Part shown: in pieces, positions 23,846-36,313 of the stretch
Numbering within the stretch: position 1 is the stretch's first letter
How the letters are laid out: the number at the start of each line of letters is the position of its first letter
Assembly (NCBI GenBank): GCA_973895155.1
Contig: OZ316893.1
Location: 1,178,860-1,242,859 of the forward strand
DNA: 64,000 nucleotides
Direction: 5' to 3'
Source of the DNA: Marsupella aquatica
Lineage: Eukaryota; Plantae; Marchantiophyta
Program-made: the position numbers and the translations under genes
The notes under the pieces: model-generated
Told to the model about the DNA's origin: nothing
What the model saw: the letters and a program-made list of their open reading frames with translations, nothing else
Databases searched by the model: none

Positions 23846-26800
23846 CTTTATGAGATTTTTTAAAGCAATTACCACAACTGCATCCTCGGCCATTCTGATT
23901 AATGGCAAAGCTACATTTACCTTTCAGATCACTAGATCGGTGAGACAGGGTTGCCCTATCTCTCTGCTATTCTTTCTCATAGCCATACAGGGTCTAGACT
24001 GTCTTTTGACAGAAGAGCTCTCTTCAGGGCTGGTGGATGGTGTGCATTTTGATTCAATTGATCTCCATCTAGCTCATGTCTAGACTGTCTTTTGACAGAA
24101 GAGCTCTCTTCAGGGCTGGTGGATGGTGTGCATTTTGATTCAGTTGATCTCCATCTAGCTCATGAATTCTATGCAGATAACACTACTCTCATTTTGAAAG
24201 GTAATCGGCACAATATTGATCATTGCAAGAAGGTTTCTGATAAATTTGCCACTGCTTCAGGACTTCTCTGTAATTTTTTTCTGCAAATTTTTAAGAAATT
24301 TATATATATTCCGCGAAAACCCCACGGATGAGGGGGAGCCAGGCAGGCCAGAAACACAAAGAGGGGGCATTTGACAGACAGACATAACAGCCTTTTGGGC
24401 CCCGAGCCTGACCAGAAAGGCCACCTAAGTCAGAGCAACCTAATACACGTAAGTCAAGTACCAGAGGGGGAAAATTAATCCCTCCCTCCCACCACCGTCA
24501 CAAAGGAAAGCCCAAAGGGCTCACAACCACCTCACAGCCAAGGGGACAAACAATACACTGTCTCTCTCTACCACCACCACAACCAGGACTTCTCTCTAAT
24601 TGGGATACATCGAATGCTATTCTCCTGAATAGATCCTCTCTTCCAACTTACAGATCTCTTGGACCTACGTTGGAAGTGGGAAGTAGAAGGAAATTTCTCT
24701 ACACTGCTAGGCTTCTTTTTTTGCGATGAATTGACAATGTTATGACAGTACAATATATCAAAGATGCCCTGGCAAAAAAACTTGTCATCCTTAAAAGGCG
24801 TCCACACTCCTATATGGCAAGGGTGTTAGCAGTGAATCACATACTGATGGGGTCTCTATGGTATTTGTTAACTCTTTGGGGAGGTACTGATCAGGAGATC
24901 CATGAGATAAAGATGGTGTTGATCAACTTTTTATGGGCGGGGCAGAAGATTTCAGCTCGACATAACTCAATTTTGATATCCTTTCTCTTCCAAAGAAAGA
25001 AGGTGGAGTTGGCCTTATTTCTTTTGAAGCTCAAGTGGTGGCTCTAGCTGCTTGATTTATCTTGTTTACAATATCAGGAGGATTTCATCCGCTACAAAAG
25101 CTGTTGCGTGAACGCATACGGGTTATGTCTTATCACAAATGGGGATGCAGTGACTATTCATGGGTATTCAGCAAGTGTAGAACCCTTTCCCTCGTCAGGT
25201 TCTGTGATCTGGAAACAAATCTGCCTTTCATGGAATAAACTGAAGTGCAATCTGGTTCCTTCTACACCAGCCACTCTACAGTTATGTTTACAACAACCAC
25301 TTTGGTCGCCATCTGGTATTCATATCAATCCCAGAATTGTCGGATGTAAATCTAATCAACAAAGAGGCTTAAGATCCAAAGGCCTCCTTTGTTGGAAGGA
25401 TGTGTTTACTAGTTCAGGTTCTCCAATCACTTGGGATGAGATGATCTCAAATGGTGCTCATCACGGAGGTAAACATGCTTTTCAGGCATTGTTAGCCAAT
25501 TCTAAAAACCTGGCTACTCAGATAGGTGATCCATTGGCTTCTGCTGAGGTGGTGATTTCTACTTCTACGATTGTGGATGGTAACCTAGCTTGGGGTTTAA
25601 AGATTGTTAATCAAAATCTTCAGGCAGTTTGGCTGATTGAAGAAATTCCGGTGACTCCGTGGATAACATATCAGGTCCTGAATGGAATTTCACACAAGGC
25701 GGATCCTGTCCCAATTACGGGATTAAGTCTTCACAATATGACTATTGGACTATCCAAGTGCTGGAAAACGCATAAGTTAGGAATCTGTCTTGTTGATACT
25801 TGGAGCTCGGAGGTTGGGAGTTCTACTCGTTTTCAATGGAGCGATGGGAGAGATTTCTTCAAAACCCCCACCTCCAATCTTTGTAAACTGATTCATGATG
25901 GTCGACACTCACTGGGGTTACAAAAATGGAGAATGGAGTTAAGGATGGTGCCGTTGGATAGCATTGTTTGGAATAATTCTTGGAAACCATACAGAGAGGA
26001 AAAAGTTAACCACTTTCTTTGGCAGATGATCCACAGTGTTATTGCTACAAATCACTACATTGGAAGGCGATCCAAGAGGTGGATTGAAGAAGGTTCGCTG
26101 ATCCCTTTTGCTCGTAATGATAAAAAATGGTTTTGCCTTTGGTGTGAGACTAGAGCACACTAGGATATCCTTCATTGTAAGTGGTCTTGCCCAGAGTCAC
26201 AACGGATCTGGAGTTGGACTTCTTCTGTTATTCTCAAAGCTTTACGTCCTCCGCTATCCTGCTTTTCCTTTGGTGCTACTCAAGCTCTGCTTGGTGCTCC
26301 TTTAATTGGTGGAAGAGGTACTCCTATCAAGCTTTGGAATATTGTGAGGGGTGTTGTTAATTGGCAAATCTGGAAGGCACAGTGTTTGCTTGATCGAGAG
26401 AAGAACATAGTTTCTGAAATTGGTATTAAATTGAAGATTTGGAGTGAAATCAGACTCTGTTTAAAACTTTCATGGAAACAGTTGTCTTCTCGTAATCAGG
26501 TGGATGGCGATGCTTGATTGAATGAGTCAGTGGGTAAATTCGAACAGGATTTTGGCCTAAATGGTGGACTTTTTATTCTGGTGGATGGCTGCCTAGTGGT
26601 AGAGCTTTGCCCTTTCTGGGCCTTTGATCCTCCCTGAAGTATTTGTAGACTTAGGTCAGCGACTCACGTTTATTTCTGATGTGATCCCTTGACTCTTTTG
26701 ATTTAGTTTACGTTTTTGGAGTCTTCTGCCCTTACAGATGGTTTATCCTCTTAGGGGATTTTCGCCAGTTACCAGCAGCTCAGATCTTTATCTTGATCTC

Positions 26801-27040
26801 TTCCTGGTTCCTGGTCTGAGTTTGGCCCTCACATTTGCTTAGCTTGTTGCCCTTGGGTGCGTGACATGTTGCCTCCTTCACCCTTCTTAGTTTCCTCTTG
26901 TTTCCTTTTCCCTCACTCCTGGATGTGTCTGGTTGTTGAGTGGTCTGTGGCCTTCGGTCTTTTTTGATCTGGCCTTTTTACTCCCGGTTTTATTGGGTTT
27001 TACTTTTGACATAAGTAAAGTGCTCCTTTCAAGAAAAAAA
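23846..27040 (+). mobile_element. 5'-truncated, degenerate L1-clade LINE (RT C-half plus zf-RVT-like region)
   Basis: ILINGK..FQITRSVRQGCPIS and FYADNT (YADD-like) RT motifs, ASGLLCNW, and later KVNHFLWQMIH...CLWC, with stops and frameshifts. A-tail at 27031-27040. 15-bp TSD AGAGTGATTCCCCAA (23831-23845) / AGAGTGATTTCCCAA (27040-27054). An 86-bp tandem duplication at 23992-24164 shifts the frame. Confidence 0.88.
24276..24583 (-). mobile_element. Nested antisense retroposon (LINE 3' end or SINE) inside the L1 RT
   Basis: 18-bp TSD CAGGACTTCTCTGTAATT (24258-24275) / CAGGACTTCTCTCTAATT (24584-24601). T-run at the left edge is its A-tail. Host ORF resumes as GLLSNW after the insert. Confidence 0.85.
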
Positions 27041-27589
27041 GAGTGATTTCCCAAGGATTACTAGCAATCCACTTCCTGTATGCCACCTTTGTTTGTCACA
27101 AGGGGATGAATGGAAAGAGCACTTTTAGAAGCTCTGCCAAATTGGAGCCCACCATTGCCAGCATGTTGTGACCCTCAAGTTATATAAGACCAAGAAATGC
27201 AAGATTGTCAACCATCACCAACTTACCCTCTTTTGGCAAATGAGAAGAGAGGTGAACAGCCATCCCAATTGCCTGTAAGGTGGACCAATATAGTATGCCG
27301 AGAGTAGAGAACTACAGATCTTTCAATCTTCCCTTGAACACCCATCACCCGGTCTTAGTGAGCACACTAAATCCATTTTAAGATCTATGCATGGGGGGCT
27401 ACAAAAAACCATTTGCAATTCATAGATTGTATTCTTATATTGTTTGACCAAGGTATAATAAAAGTGTAGGACCTAAGTTACCTAAGATGTCTCCCACACA
27501 AAATAGAGCATATTCATTATGTCATGTAAGCACTTTATAAAGTAAAGTAACTCCTTTAGCATGCAAAGTATGAACATTTATGAACAACT

Positions 27590-27737
27590 TTGTCACTAAA
27601 GAGGTTCCAATTGACAATACTGCCTCAGTTTTTTGTAGTACAATGATACCATATTTTCATATATGGATGACGAGTTTACCAGCAACCAGGGTAACCATAC
27701 ACTAAAATAGTGGTAAATTTGAAACATCGTTAGTAAC
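27590..27737. mobile_element. MITE family A, copy 2 (degenerate)
   Basis: TTGTCACTAAAGAGGTTCCAATTGACAATACTGCC .. TATATGGATGACGAGTT .. AAACATCGTTAGT matches 6118-6283. Confidence 0.55.
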
Positions 27738-29598
27738 TGTATTTATGAATGAGTATTATAATTAAGTCAAGATCTCAAGTGAGATCTAAAAAATGCATTG
27801 AAGGGAGCTTTACAAATAGCAACCAGAAAACAAATGATTGGTAACTCCCAAGATTTTGCGATAGATTTATTCACAATTCTTCATATCACGTGATGGATCT
27901 ACTTTGGCTTTACATAAATTGAAAAGGCACCTGTACAAGAAATCTCCCCATCCTATAAGGCAAGAGTAGGTACCCAAAGTGCCTATGTGGAATGTGTAGT
28001 TCTGGTCAAAGTTTAGACCCACTCTTCAGGTGGTATTTTGAAAGGACCTCAGCCTGTCTCTTCTCATTATCTAGTAAAATGCATTACGTGAGTACCTTCT
28101 GTGGTCAGGAGGAGGCAGTCTGAATGGACCTACCAGATGTGGTAAACACAAGTAACATGTCAAATTTTGTCCTCTACTGTAGTTCTTGTAAAAGCCCCCT
28201 AAGTTAACCCCAAGATCTAGACTTCTGGATATTATTATTATGTGAATGTGTGGTTGGTTCAACCCTGAAAGCGCAAACCAATTGCTGTCTTCGAATAAAA
28301 TATCTTCTGTGATAAAAGAACGGGAAATCTCGTCCTTGTTTTGGTGTGGCAGACGAAAGGAATTCCGTTTTGTGAATGGTTTCAACTTAAACTTGTTTGG
28401 ATTTGTCGCAGACTGACCACGTCGTGTTTACAGTAAGATTTTGTTTTGCACTTCACCAGCACAGCTACTGTAGTTCCAAAGTACGCGATTCCTAACCTGG
28501 GTTAACGACGGGCAGTGATGCCGAGGACGATCTGCATCGTCCGTGCCGAAGAGCGACGGCGTGGATAACTGTGATGGACGAGAATCATTCTCCTTCCGCG
28601 CTTCCTGCCCGCGGGCGGCGGGCGAGATGAAAGAAGATCGGGAAAAGATTCGGTCCGTCTCCGAAATTCGACCGAAGGTGGATAAAATAGAAAATTATTT
28701 GGTGAGTCGCGAGCCTGCGGTGGGCAGGACTCCCCGTGACTTAGGTCACACCCGGTCACCCCTTCTTTTATTTATTATTATTCGAACTGCCTCCGGGCAC
28801 GGGCACGGGCACGGGGTGGGTGCCCGAGGGGGTTATTATTATTTGCAGCAGGGTCAGAGTTTAGAGCGGTCAGGGAAGGCCTCGACGGACTCGCCGGTGG
28901 GCATCGGTGTCTTATGTAATAACAATAATAATAATTATTATTTCTTTCCTGCTGTGCCCCCCGGGCAAGGGGGTGGGTGCCCACATTTTACTACTGTCGG
29001 CATCGTTGGTGAATGACTGACGGACGCAGGGCAGAGGATGGACGGAAAGCGTCTTTCAGTCGATAGACGGAAAGCGTTTGCGTGCATTCTTTCGTGGTTC
29101 ATGCGTCTGTCGCAGTTGCGTCCTCTCTTGTGAACAAACGGAAGTTTTCGCTTCAATGCGACTGTAGTTCACCATCGCTGTGAGTTTGGCACTGGCGGGG
29201 CACTCGATCGACCGACGACTCTTCTCTCGAAGGGTGCGGCGGAAGAAAGGAGGAGGGGGGGATCTGTGCTGAAGACGCTCTGCTTGGGCACGGGATCGCG
29301 GAGAGTTGGAGAGCTCCATTCTGCGCAGCTCGTGAAGTGGGAAATCGTGGGTCGGTTCGGAAAGTTTAGTCGAGTCGCTGAGGTGGGTGGTGCGATTTTC
29401 CACTGAGGAGCCGCAGAGGAGTTTCTCCGTGAAGTGGCGGAGAGGAGGGAAGCAAGCTCCATTGTGTGCAGCTCGTGCAGTGGTGGTGAAATTGGGGCTC
29501 GATTGGGAAAAGTCTAGGCGACGAGGTGGTTTGTGTGGTTTCTCGCTGAGTTGGGTCGCTGACGTCGTTACCCGATTTCAGAGAAAGGGAAGAGCACT

Positions 29599-32500
29599 AT
29601 GGCGGCCGTCACAGCGGCTCAGGAGCAGAGGAAGCCAGGGGCGTTGTGGACGACTGTGAAGCCCTTTCTCAATGGAGGGCTCGCTGGAATGGGAGCGACC
29701 TGCGTAATCCAGCCCGTGGACATGATCAAAGTAACCTTCTTTTTCTAGCTCGTCTTCTTCTCTGCTCTTCTCGCCTCGGCTCGCTGCTTCTTTCTTAGGC
29801 TTGTCTGTCATGTAGCATCGTGGTACTGACGCCGGTAGATCTTTCAATTGTGAGGATCGATCGATCGAACTGGTTGTCATTCGAAAATTTCCGGAAACGG
29901 GTAGACACTTGTAAGATGTGCTGGATCTGGCTCGTCCGCTGTTATTGTAGCAGTTGGCCTCTCCGATCTCCTATTCGTCCCTCCGTAGTTTCCATTTGGA
30001 ATAAGAAAAGACGGACCAGTCCTGGTGGGATACTATTGTCAATTACGAAATTGGATGGACATCTTATTTGAAGTATATCGGTGCAATCTTGAGTATTGAC
30101 CCCCATTTTGTTCTGCGACCTTCCTGATCACGTCAGTTTGTGCCGAGTCCAGCGATGTCGAGTCCCGAGTCCAGCGATGTCGAGTCCCGAGTTGGCACTT
30201 AGATATGAAGCATCTTGCTGTGTTGATGTTCACCTTTACTGGTGACCGTGGCCTTTCTCCTTACCTCAAAAGGATTATCTTCATCGGAATCTGTTGCTTT
30301 TTTAATACTTCGGAGTTGTAGTATGACTTCAAGATCTTCCGTGATGTGTGAATATTAGAACTCCGTTGCTTTACTAGAGCACTACCTTGTTACTCTTCTA
30401 GCCATTCTTGCGTCTACTTGCGGTAAACTTCTGTTTCAAATGCACTTCATGGCTCTTACGGTAAGCTAACGGTTCTTTGGGTCCGGCTGCTCCTTAGTCT
30501 GGTACCTTTTATTTTGCCAACCCCTGATGATGAATGTGTTTATCGAATGCAGGTGCGGATTCAGCTAGGGCAAGGAACTGCAACTCAAGTGACGCGTAAC
30601 ATGCTCAAGGAGCACGGTATCGGTGCATTCTATAATGTATGTCGGTGATATTCTTTTCCTCAATTACGTGCTTGGAAAATGTGTTGTCAAGTCTACCTTC
30701 CTTGGTCTAGCTTGTCTGGAATTTTAGTAGGCTCTGCACCGGAAAATGCCGGCCAGATTGTACGTAGACGAAAGGCAACCCATCGTTTAGGTCCATGATA
30801 TCAACGTACTTGGTTAGTATGCTTTGACTTTAGTTGACAGGCCAAGTTGATGATGCGAAAGAATTGGGTCCATTTGCGGCTGTCCTTATATCTGCTCGCG
30901 ATCGATCTTCTAGCTCTGCTTGGTTGTGAATGGTCACCTTTGAAATCTGGAATCATCTTGAGGAATTGAGACCAAAGACTTTCTCCTGCGTGTCTAAATT
31001 AGGTCACCTCGGCCAGGCAGGTCTGTAAGATTGATAGTGTGCGCCATGATTAGCAATGTGGAGGAGCTTTGGAAAGGAATTCGTTTGATCTCTCATTGCG
31101 CAGTGCACCCAACTTTTGAACCTTATTAAGTACCTAGTTGCGGGGTATTTGAAGTGGGAGGGACCCATAATCTTGGACGTCAAAAGTTATGGTCCAGAGA
31201 TGAAACTTGAAGAGCACTACAACTAGATCTTGGAAGGGATTCCTTATTGATAATGATCTCAATTTGGTTTTTTTTCGCTTGCAGGGTCTTTCAGCAGGTC
31301 TTCTCAGACAGGCTACGTATACGACCGCTAGGCTTGGCAGCTTTCGGTAAGTGTGGTTAGCAGCTGTTCATTAAATCTTGTAAATGTCAGGTTTTGATTA
31401 GATTTATCTATAACGGTCCAAATCCTACAGCTCGGGAATTTTCAATTCTGTTCCGTAGGTCAACTTTGCAGCTGTACTTGTTGACATTGAGATTGTGCTG
31501 GCAGGCTACTGACAGCGGAGGCGATAGCAGCCAATGATGGAAAGCCTCTTCCCCTTTACCAGAAGGCTCTCTGTGGGCTTACAGCTGGTGCTATTGGTGC
31601 CTCAGTAGGAAGCCCTGCAGATCTTGCTCTCATTCGGATGCAAGCTGATGCCACGTTACCTCTTGCCCACCGCCGTAACTACAAGAACGCTTTCCATGCG
31701 TTGTATAGGATTACAAAGGATGAGGGTGTTCTGGCATTGTGGAAGGGCGCTGGTCCCACAGTTGTCCGAGCTATGGCTCTGAACATGGGAATGTTGGCTT
31801 CCTACGATCAAAGTGCAGAATATTTGAAGGAGTACGGCTTTGGAGAAATCGAGAGTGTGATTGGTATGTACTTGTGCTGGAAGGCCGTTCTAGCTTACTC
31901 TGAGTTGGTGATTCTCAATAACCACTCTCAAATTGCATGGAGGACACGGGCCACAGGACTGCGCGAATGCTAAGTTGGCGTCCTTGAATTGCTTGTGCAG
32001 GTGCGAGTGCTGTGTCTGGCTTCTTTGCCTCTGCCTGCAGTCTTCCGTTCGATTACGTGAAGACTCAAATTCAGAAGATGCAACCTGGTCCTGATGGGAA
32101 ATACCCTTACACTGGTTCATTAGACTGCGCAATGCAGACACTCAAGAACAATGGTCCTTTGAAGTTCTATTCAGGATTTGGCACGTATTGTGTAAGGATT
32201 GCTCCTCATGTCATGGTGAGTTGCATAAAGACGTCCTGTCAGTCGTAATTACTGCACTGTTCTTGTTTTTATGGCCGAATGTGATGATTCTAAGATACTT
32301 GCGTGAAGTTTTGCACTAATTAGGTGTCCGATAGTTCAGGCAAAAGTTTCCGTTTTGGCTTCACAGGTTCTCCAAAAATGCCTATTACGGGTGTTTGATT
32401 TTTTATTTGAGTAATTGTTACGATTGATTTCATATTTAATTAGTCTGTGCTTTTGGAGTATTGATGTGAAGAGTTTCTCATCGGATCACATCGTTAGGCC

Positions 32501-32622
32501 AGTTGGTTAGTGCCGTTGCATCACTTACGTGGACCTCTGTGTAACAATTTTGTTTTTCTTTGCAGATGACATGGATTTTCCTGAACCAGATCCAAAAGCT
32601 GGAGAAGAGCGTCGGTCTGTAG
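29599..32622 (+). CDS. DTC: Mitochondrial dicarboxylate/tricarboxylate carrier, 6 exons
   Basis: Exons 29599-29730, 30553-30636, 31285-31346, 31505-31863, 32001-32215, 32566-32622. Three carrier signatures PVDMIKVR, PADLALIR, PFDYVKTQ, plus GLLRQATYTTARLG, VVRAMALNMGML and CVRIAPHVMMTWIFL. Confidence 0.95.
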
Positions 32623-33979
32623 GGGCAGGCAGGGTGTCCAGATGCAGTTGCGCTTTCTTGACAGTCGACCCCAACCATCTGCTAGTTTTATCTTGCACAT
32701 TTTTATTCACCACAATTCTCAGTAGATTCGAGAAGCTGATATCTTGAGCCACTAGTAATGCGTATTCTATGTGAGTTCTAGTCTCCAGCCACAGGTAGAG
32801 TTTTTGATCCAAATGAAGCCCTTGATACTCAGTATTCAGAACGAGTGTAAACTTGTTGCCAGTTGCATGTGCGAATTGTTTTACAATAGTGGAGGAGTGG
32901 CACGCGGTTACTCAATATTTGTGAGCAAATGAGGTGTTTTGCTCTTCCTTTTTGTCAACATAGGAAGAGTCATTCTTTATTCGATGTGTTGGATAGCCAT
33001 TGGCAAGAAGCAGTTCTCTTGCAGTCATGGAATTGAAATTATGACCATACGGTCAATGGACATCACTGACTTCACAGTGGACAGAAGCAATAAATTACTG
33101 GGAGCAAGTTTGTTCCAAAGATTCAGGCTGTTGTTGCAGTGGAGGTCCGTAACGAGATAGTTGACAATTCTTTTGTCATACCCATCATCTTATGGTGATC
33201 TGCTGAGGTGCAGAATGAAATTGGTTTGAGCCTTATTCTCGATCACTGTTAGTGCACAATCGTTTCATTCTCAGTATATAGGATGGTTGTGGATCGACTA
33301 TCTGCTCCAACGTTGGTTTTTTTTCAAATATTTCCACTCGAAGCTCTGGGTGCTGAGCAGATCGCAAAAAGATATACTCCTTCCCGTTGAATGACAACTT
33401 AATGTCATTCTGCACGGGATCAGTTTTCAAGTTGTTGAAGGACTTCAGCTGTAGGCTATCCCTCAAGTCATCGATCTTTGAACTCCAGAACATAAAGCAC
33501 CTTTTCGTCTCAATTTTGCCACAGAAACTGTGTTAATTGGAGGCCTTGCAACAGTTATGCGCATCTTTGTCTTGAGCTTTGTCGAGTGCGCAGCTATTCT
33601 CTTTCGGAGAGCGACAGAGCCTCACTTAGATATCTAACACCTTCAATTCTACCTTCGCCAGTTGCACAGGTGCTGAATTAAAGCCGATTTGTTGTAGGTT
33701 ACTAGAGAATCCGCAACAGTTCCAGATCAACATGTGTCATACTCGATGAATAATTGAATAGTCCCACAGGTGCGTCACGCCTTGTATTATGTTAGATTTT
33801 CTCATAATTCAACAGATGAAGTACAGGTTCCTTCATGTTGGGATCGAGATTACGACAAACCCATGTTGGCGTGGCAATGTTTTCAGGTTTATTTGGCAAG
33901 CCAATCCCATACCCTGAAGATCTTTGTTCAAAAGGTTTGTCTGGGACTCTAGTGCATACTTCACTGCATGATGATCATG

Positions 33980-34492
33980 TTCGAAATCTTACCATTTAGG
34001 ACTTACTCCATAAAGTACAGCTATATGCCACGCACATTATTCATGTTTGAAGCCTACGATTCATAACTTAGTCCATGAAGTAAAGCCACATGATGATCTA
34101 CAATATAACTCATATTCGAAATCTTACCATTTAAGACTTACTCCATAAAGTAAAGCCATAGGCCATACACATAATTCATGTTTGAAACCTACCATTCACG
34201 ATTTAGTCCATGAAGTCACACAGGCCATAATTTCTCTATGATTGGAAAAATTGGTTATTTAGACCATGCTTGTGAATAAGGATGGGCATAATTTCTCTGT
34301 GTTTGGAAAAATTGGTTATTTAGACTATGTTTGTGAATAAGGATGGGCATAATTTCTCTGTGATTGGAAAATTTGGTTATTTAAACTATGCTTGTGAATA
34401 GGGATGGGCATGGGAGTCCAGTATAGACAGCCTTTTGTGTGCATACGGACAGGTATTTGGTTAGTCTAGCAGGTATTTGGTTAGTCTAGCAA
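33980..34492. repeat. Cluster of tandem repeats (2 x ~135 bp, 3 x 61 bp, 2 x 20 bp)
   Basis: TTCGAAATCTTACCATTTA at ~33980 and ~34115; CATAATTTCTCT..GGATGGG at 34226, 34287 and 34348; CAGGTATTTGGTTAGTCTAG twice from 34450. Confidence 0.85.
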
Positions 34493-34561
34493 ATGATGAG
34501 CCAACCAGAACTTGGCCCCCTATGCTCCTATTAGTCCTTGAGACAGTTCAATCTTGTCACC

Positions 34562-34741
34562 AGGTATATACCCAACAGCACTCCTCAGCCATATTACCAG
34601 TCCATGCACTTTGGTGCCCCTGTCTTTGCCAGAGCCTTTGGAAACCAGGATTTGTTTTGGGTCTGCCTCAGGTTGGATGAGCTCTAGAGAGATCACTCGC
34701 ACTCGCACTACTAGGTGATGTCTACTCTATTGAAGTGCCTC
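34562..34741 (+). repeat. Diverged direct copy of the URT1 upstream/5'UTR region (36090-36279)
   Basis: Shared CCCAACAGCACTCCTCAGCCA, ACCAGTCCATGCACTT, TGGAAACCAGGATTTGTT, TGAGCTCTAGRGAGATCACT and GATGTCYACTCT..AAGTGCCT. Confidence 0.8.
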
Positions 34742-36313
34742 CGTTTAGAGCATCTGCACCGGTGCCTGGCATTAGATATTGGGCTGGCATACCAGCTGAT
34801 TTCCCAGCCCTCACTCAAAGTAGGGGCTCCACTATCACTGCAACTTTGCAGCCAATGCCATAAGAACTTGTGCAGACTGCCTTATTCACTGTATTTCCAA
34901 GTACCCGTTCCACTTTTGCCAGTGCTGCCAAATCAGATTTACGCTGGTCGTAGTGCCACATGTCTGCATCCGACATGGGGTCAACATTCCCTCAATTTAT
35001 AATGGGTTTGGGAGCCTGGCTCTCTCCCGTTACTCTTTTTCAAGGGCCACTTTGCCAGGGTCAATGCAAGACCCTAAACTGAATTGGGCCTGGGAAAGAT
35101 GCAGGCCAATGTCACCCTGCCAAACTTTGAGGGATACCGACAACCGGTGCAGATGCTCTTATATTGGAAGGCTCACTTCAACTCAAAGATCACCTGGATT
35201 TTTAGGATCTTCTTCCTGATAGCAGGGGTCACAGTTGGATGTTATTATTAATTAAATATGGCTAGCACTTTTGCTACCTGGTAGATATTTTTATATTTTT
35301 ATGAGTTTTTCAAATTTTCAGCAAAAACTGCTTTGTATCATTATGCCTATCTGTATACTTGTACTTCATTTGGTGCCTCTTTTGTGCGCCTTTGGACAAC
35401 AATTGTACCTATCTATGAACTTGTTTAGGCGGCATGACCAGTGACTCTTTTTAACAAAAAGTGGCAAGACATGACAAAAGCAGCACGAAACAAAAGATTT
35501 GCATGCAAACTGTTCTGGCAACCAAATCCATTTTAAAAAGTTTTTCAAAACAAGCTCCAGTACATAGGAAGTCATGAGTTTCCAAATAGGTCTATTCCCT
35601 CTGCATCTTTCCAGGTAAGGAGCTGACAAACATTTGACAAAAAAATTACTGCTCCCCATCATTTGCACTCCATTTGAGGATACAGGGCTGGCCCACAACC
35701 AATAACCAATGTTACAAGGCGGGTACCCAGTTCTGGCATGGTACCTACAGTCTTCCCCATAGAATGTCCCAAGCCTTCTATTCGATTTCTTAACTGACCT
35801 TCCAGGGGAAAAAGTGGTTTCACTCAAATAGAATGCTTCGTATAATAGAGTGCCCAGGCACTTCATCCAGGAGAGTATTTATGGAGGCACAACCGCACTT
35901 TCTGATCGAAAGGCCAAGGCTTCCACAGCTGATGATTCTAATTGGAATGTGAGAGTGTGGGATTGAATTCGAAACGCATTCCCGAATAGAACGCCGGGAG
36001 AGGGGGGAGGGGGTATCTTTCAGAAAACTTTTGTCATCTGAATGCTATCTAGAAGACACAGTGCGTTTTAGTCAAATAGACTTCCCCCCAGGCATATACC
36101 CCAACAGCACTCCTCAGCCACATGACCAGTCCATGCACTTCGGTGCATATAAACACAAAACCACCCTTTCTTGGCCAAAGAGCTCCTGGAAACCAGGATT
36201 TGTTCTGGGTCTGGCTCGGGTAGGCTGAGCTCTAGGGAGATCACTACCAGGTCGATGTCCACTCTGTTAAAGTGCCTTCTGTTGGGCACGCACAGCTTCA
36301 CCACAATGTCTCG

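Noticed and set aside
24568-24807. Minus-strand 79-aa ORF as part of the nested insert
   Set aside because: Lies mostly outside the insert's TSD; it is antisense to the resumed host L1 ORF2.
28543-29659. Several overlapping ORFs upstream of DTC
   Set aside because: GC-rich promoter/5'UTR; no domain or splice support.
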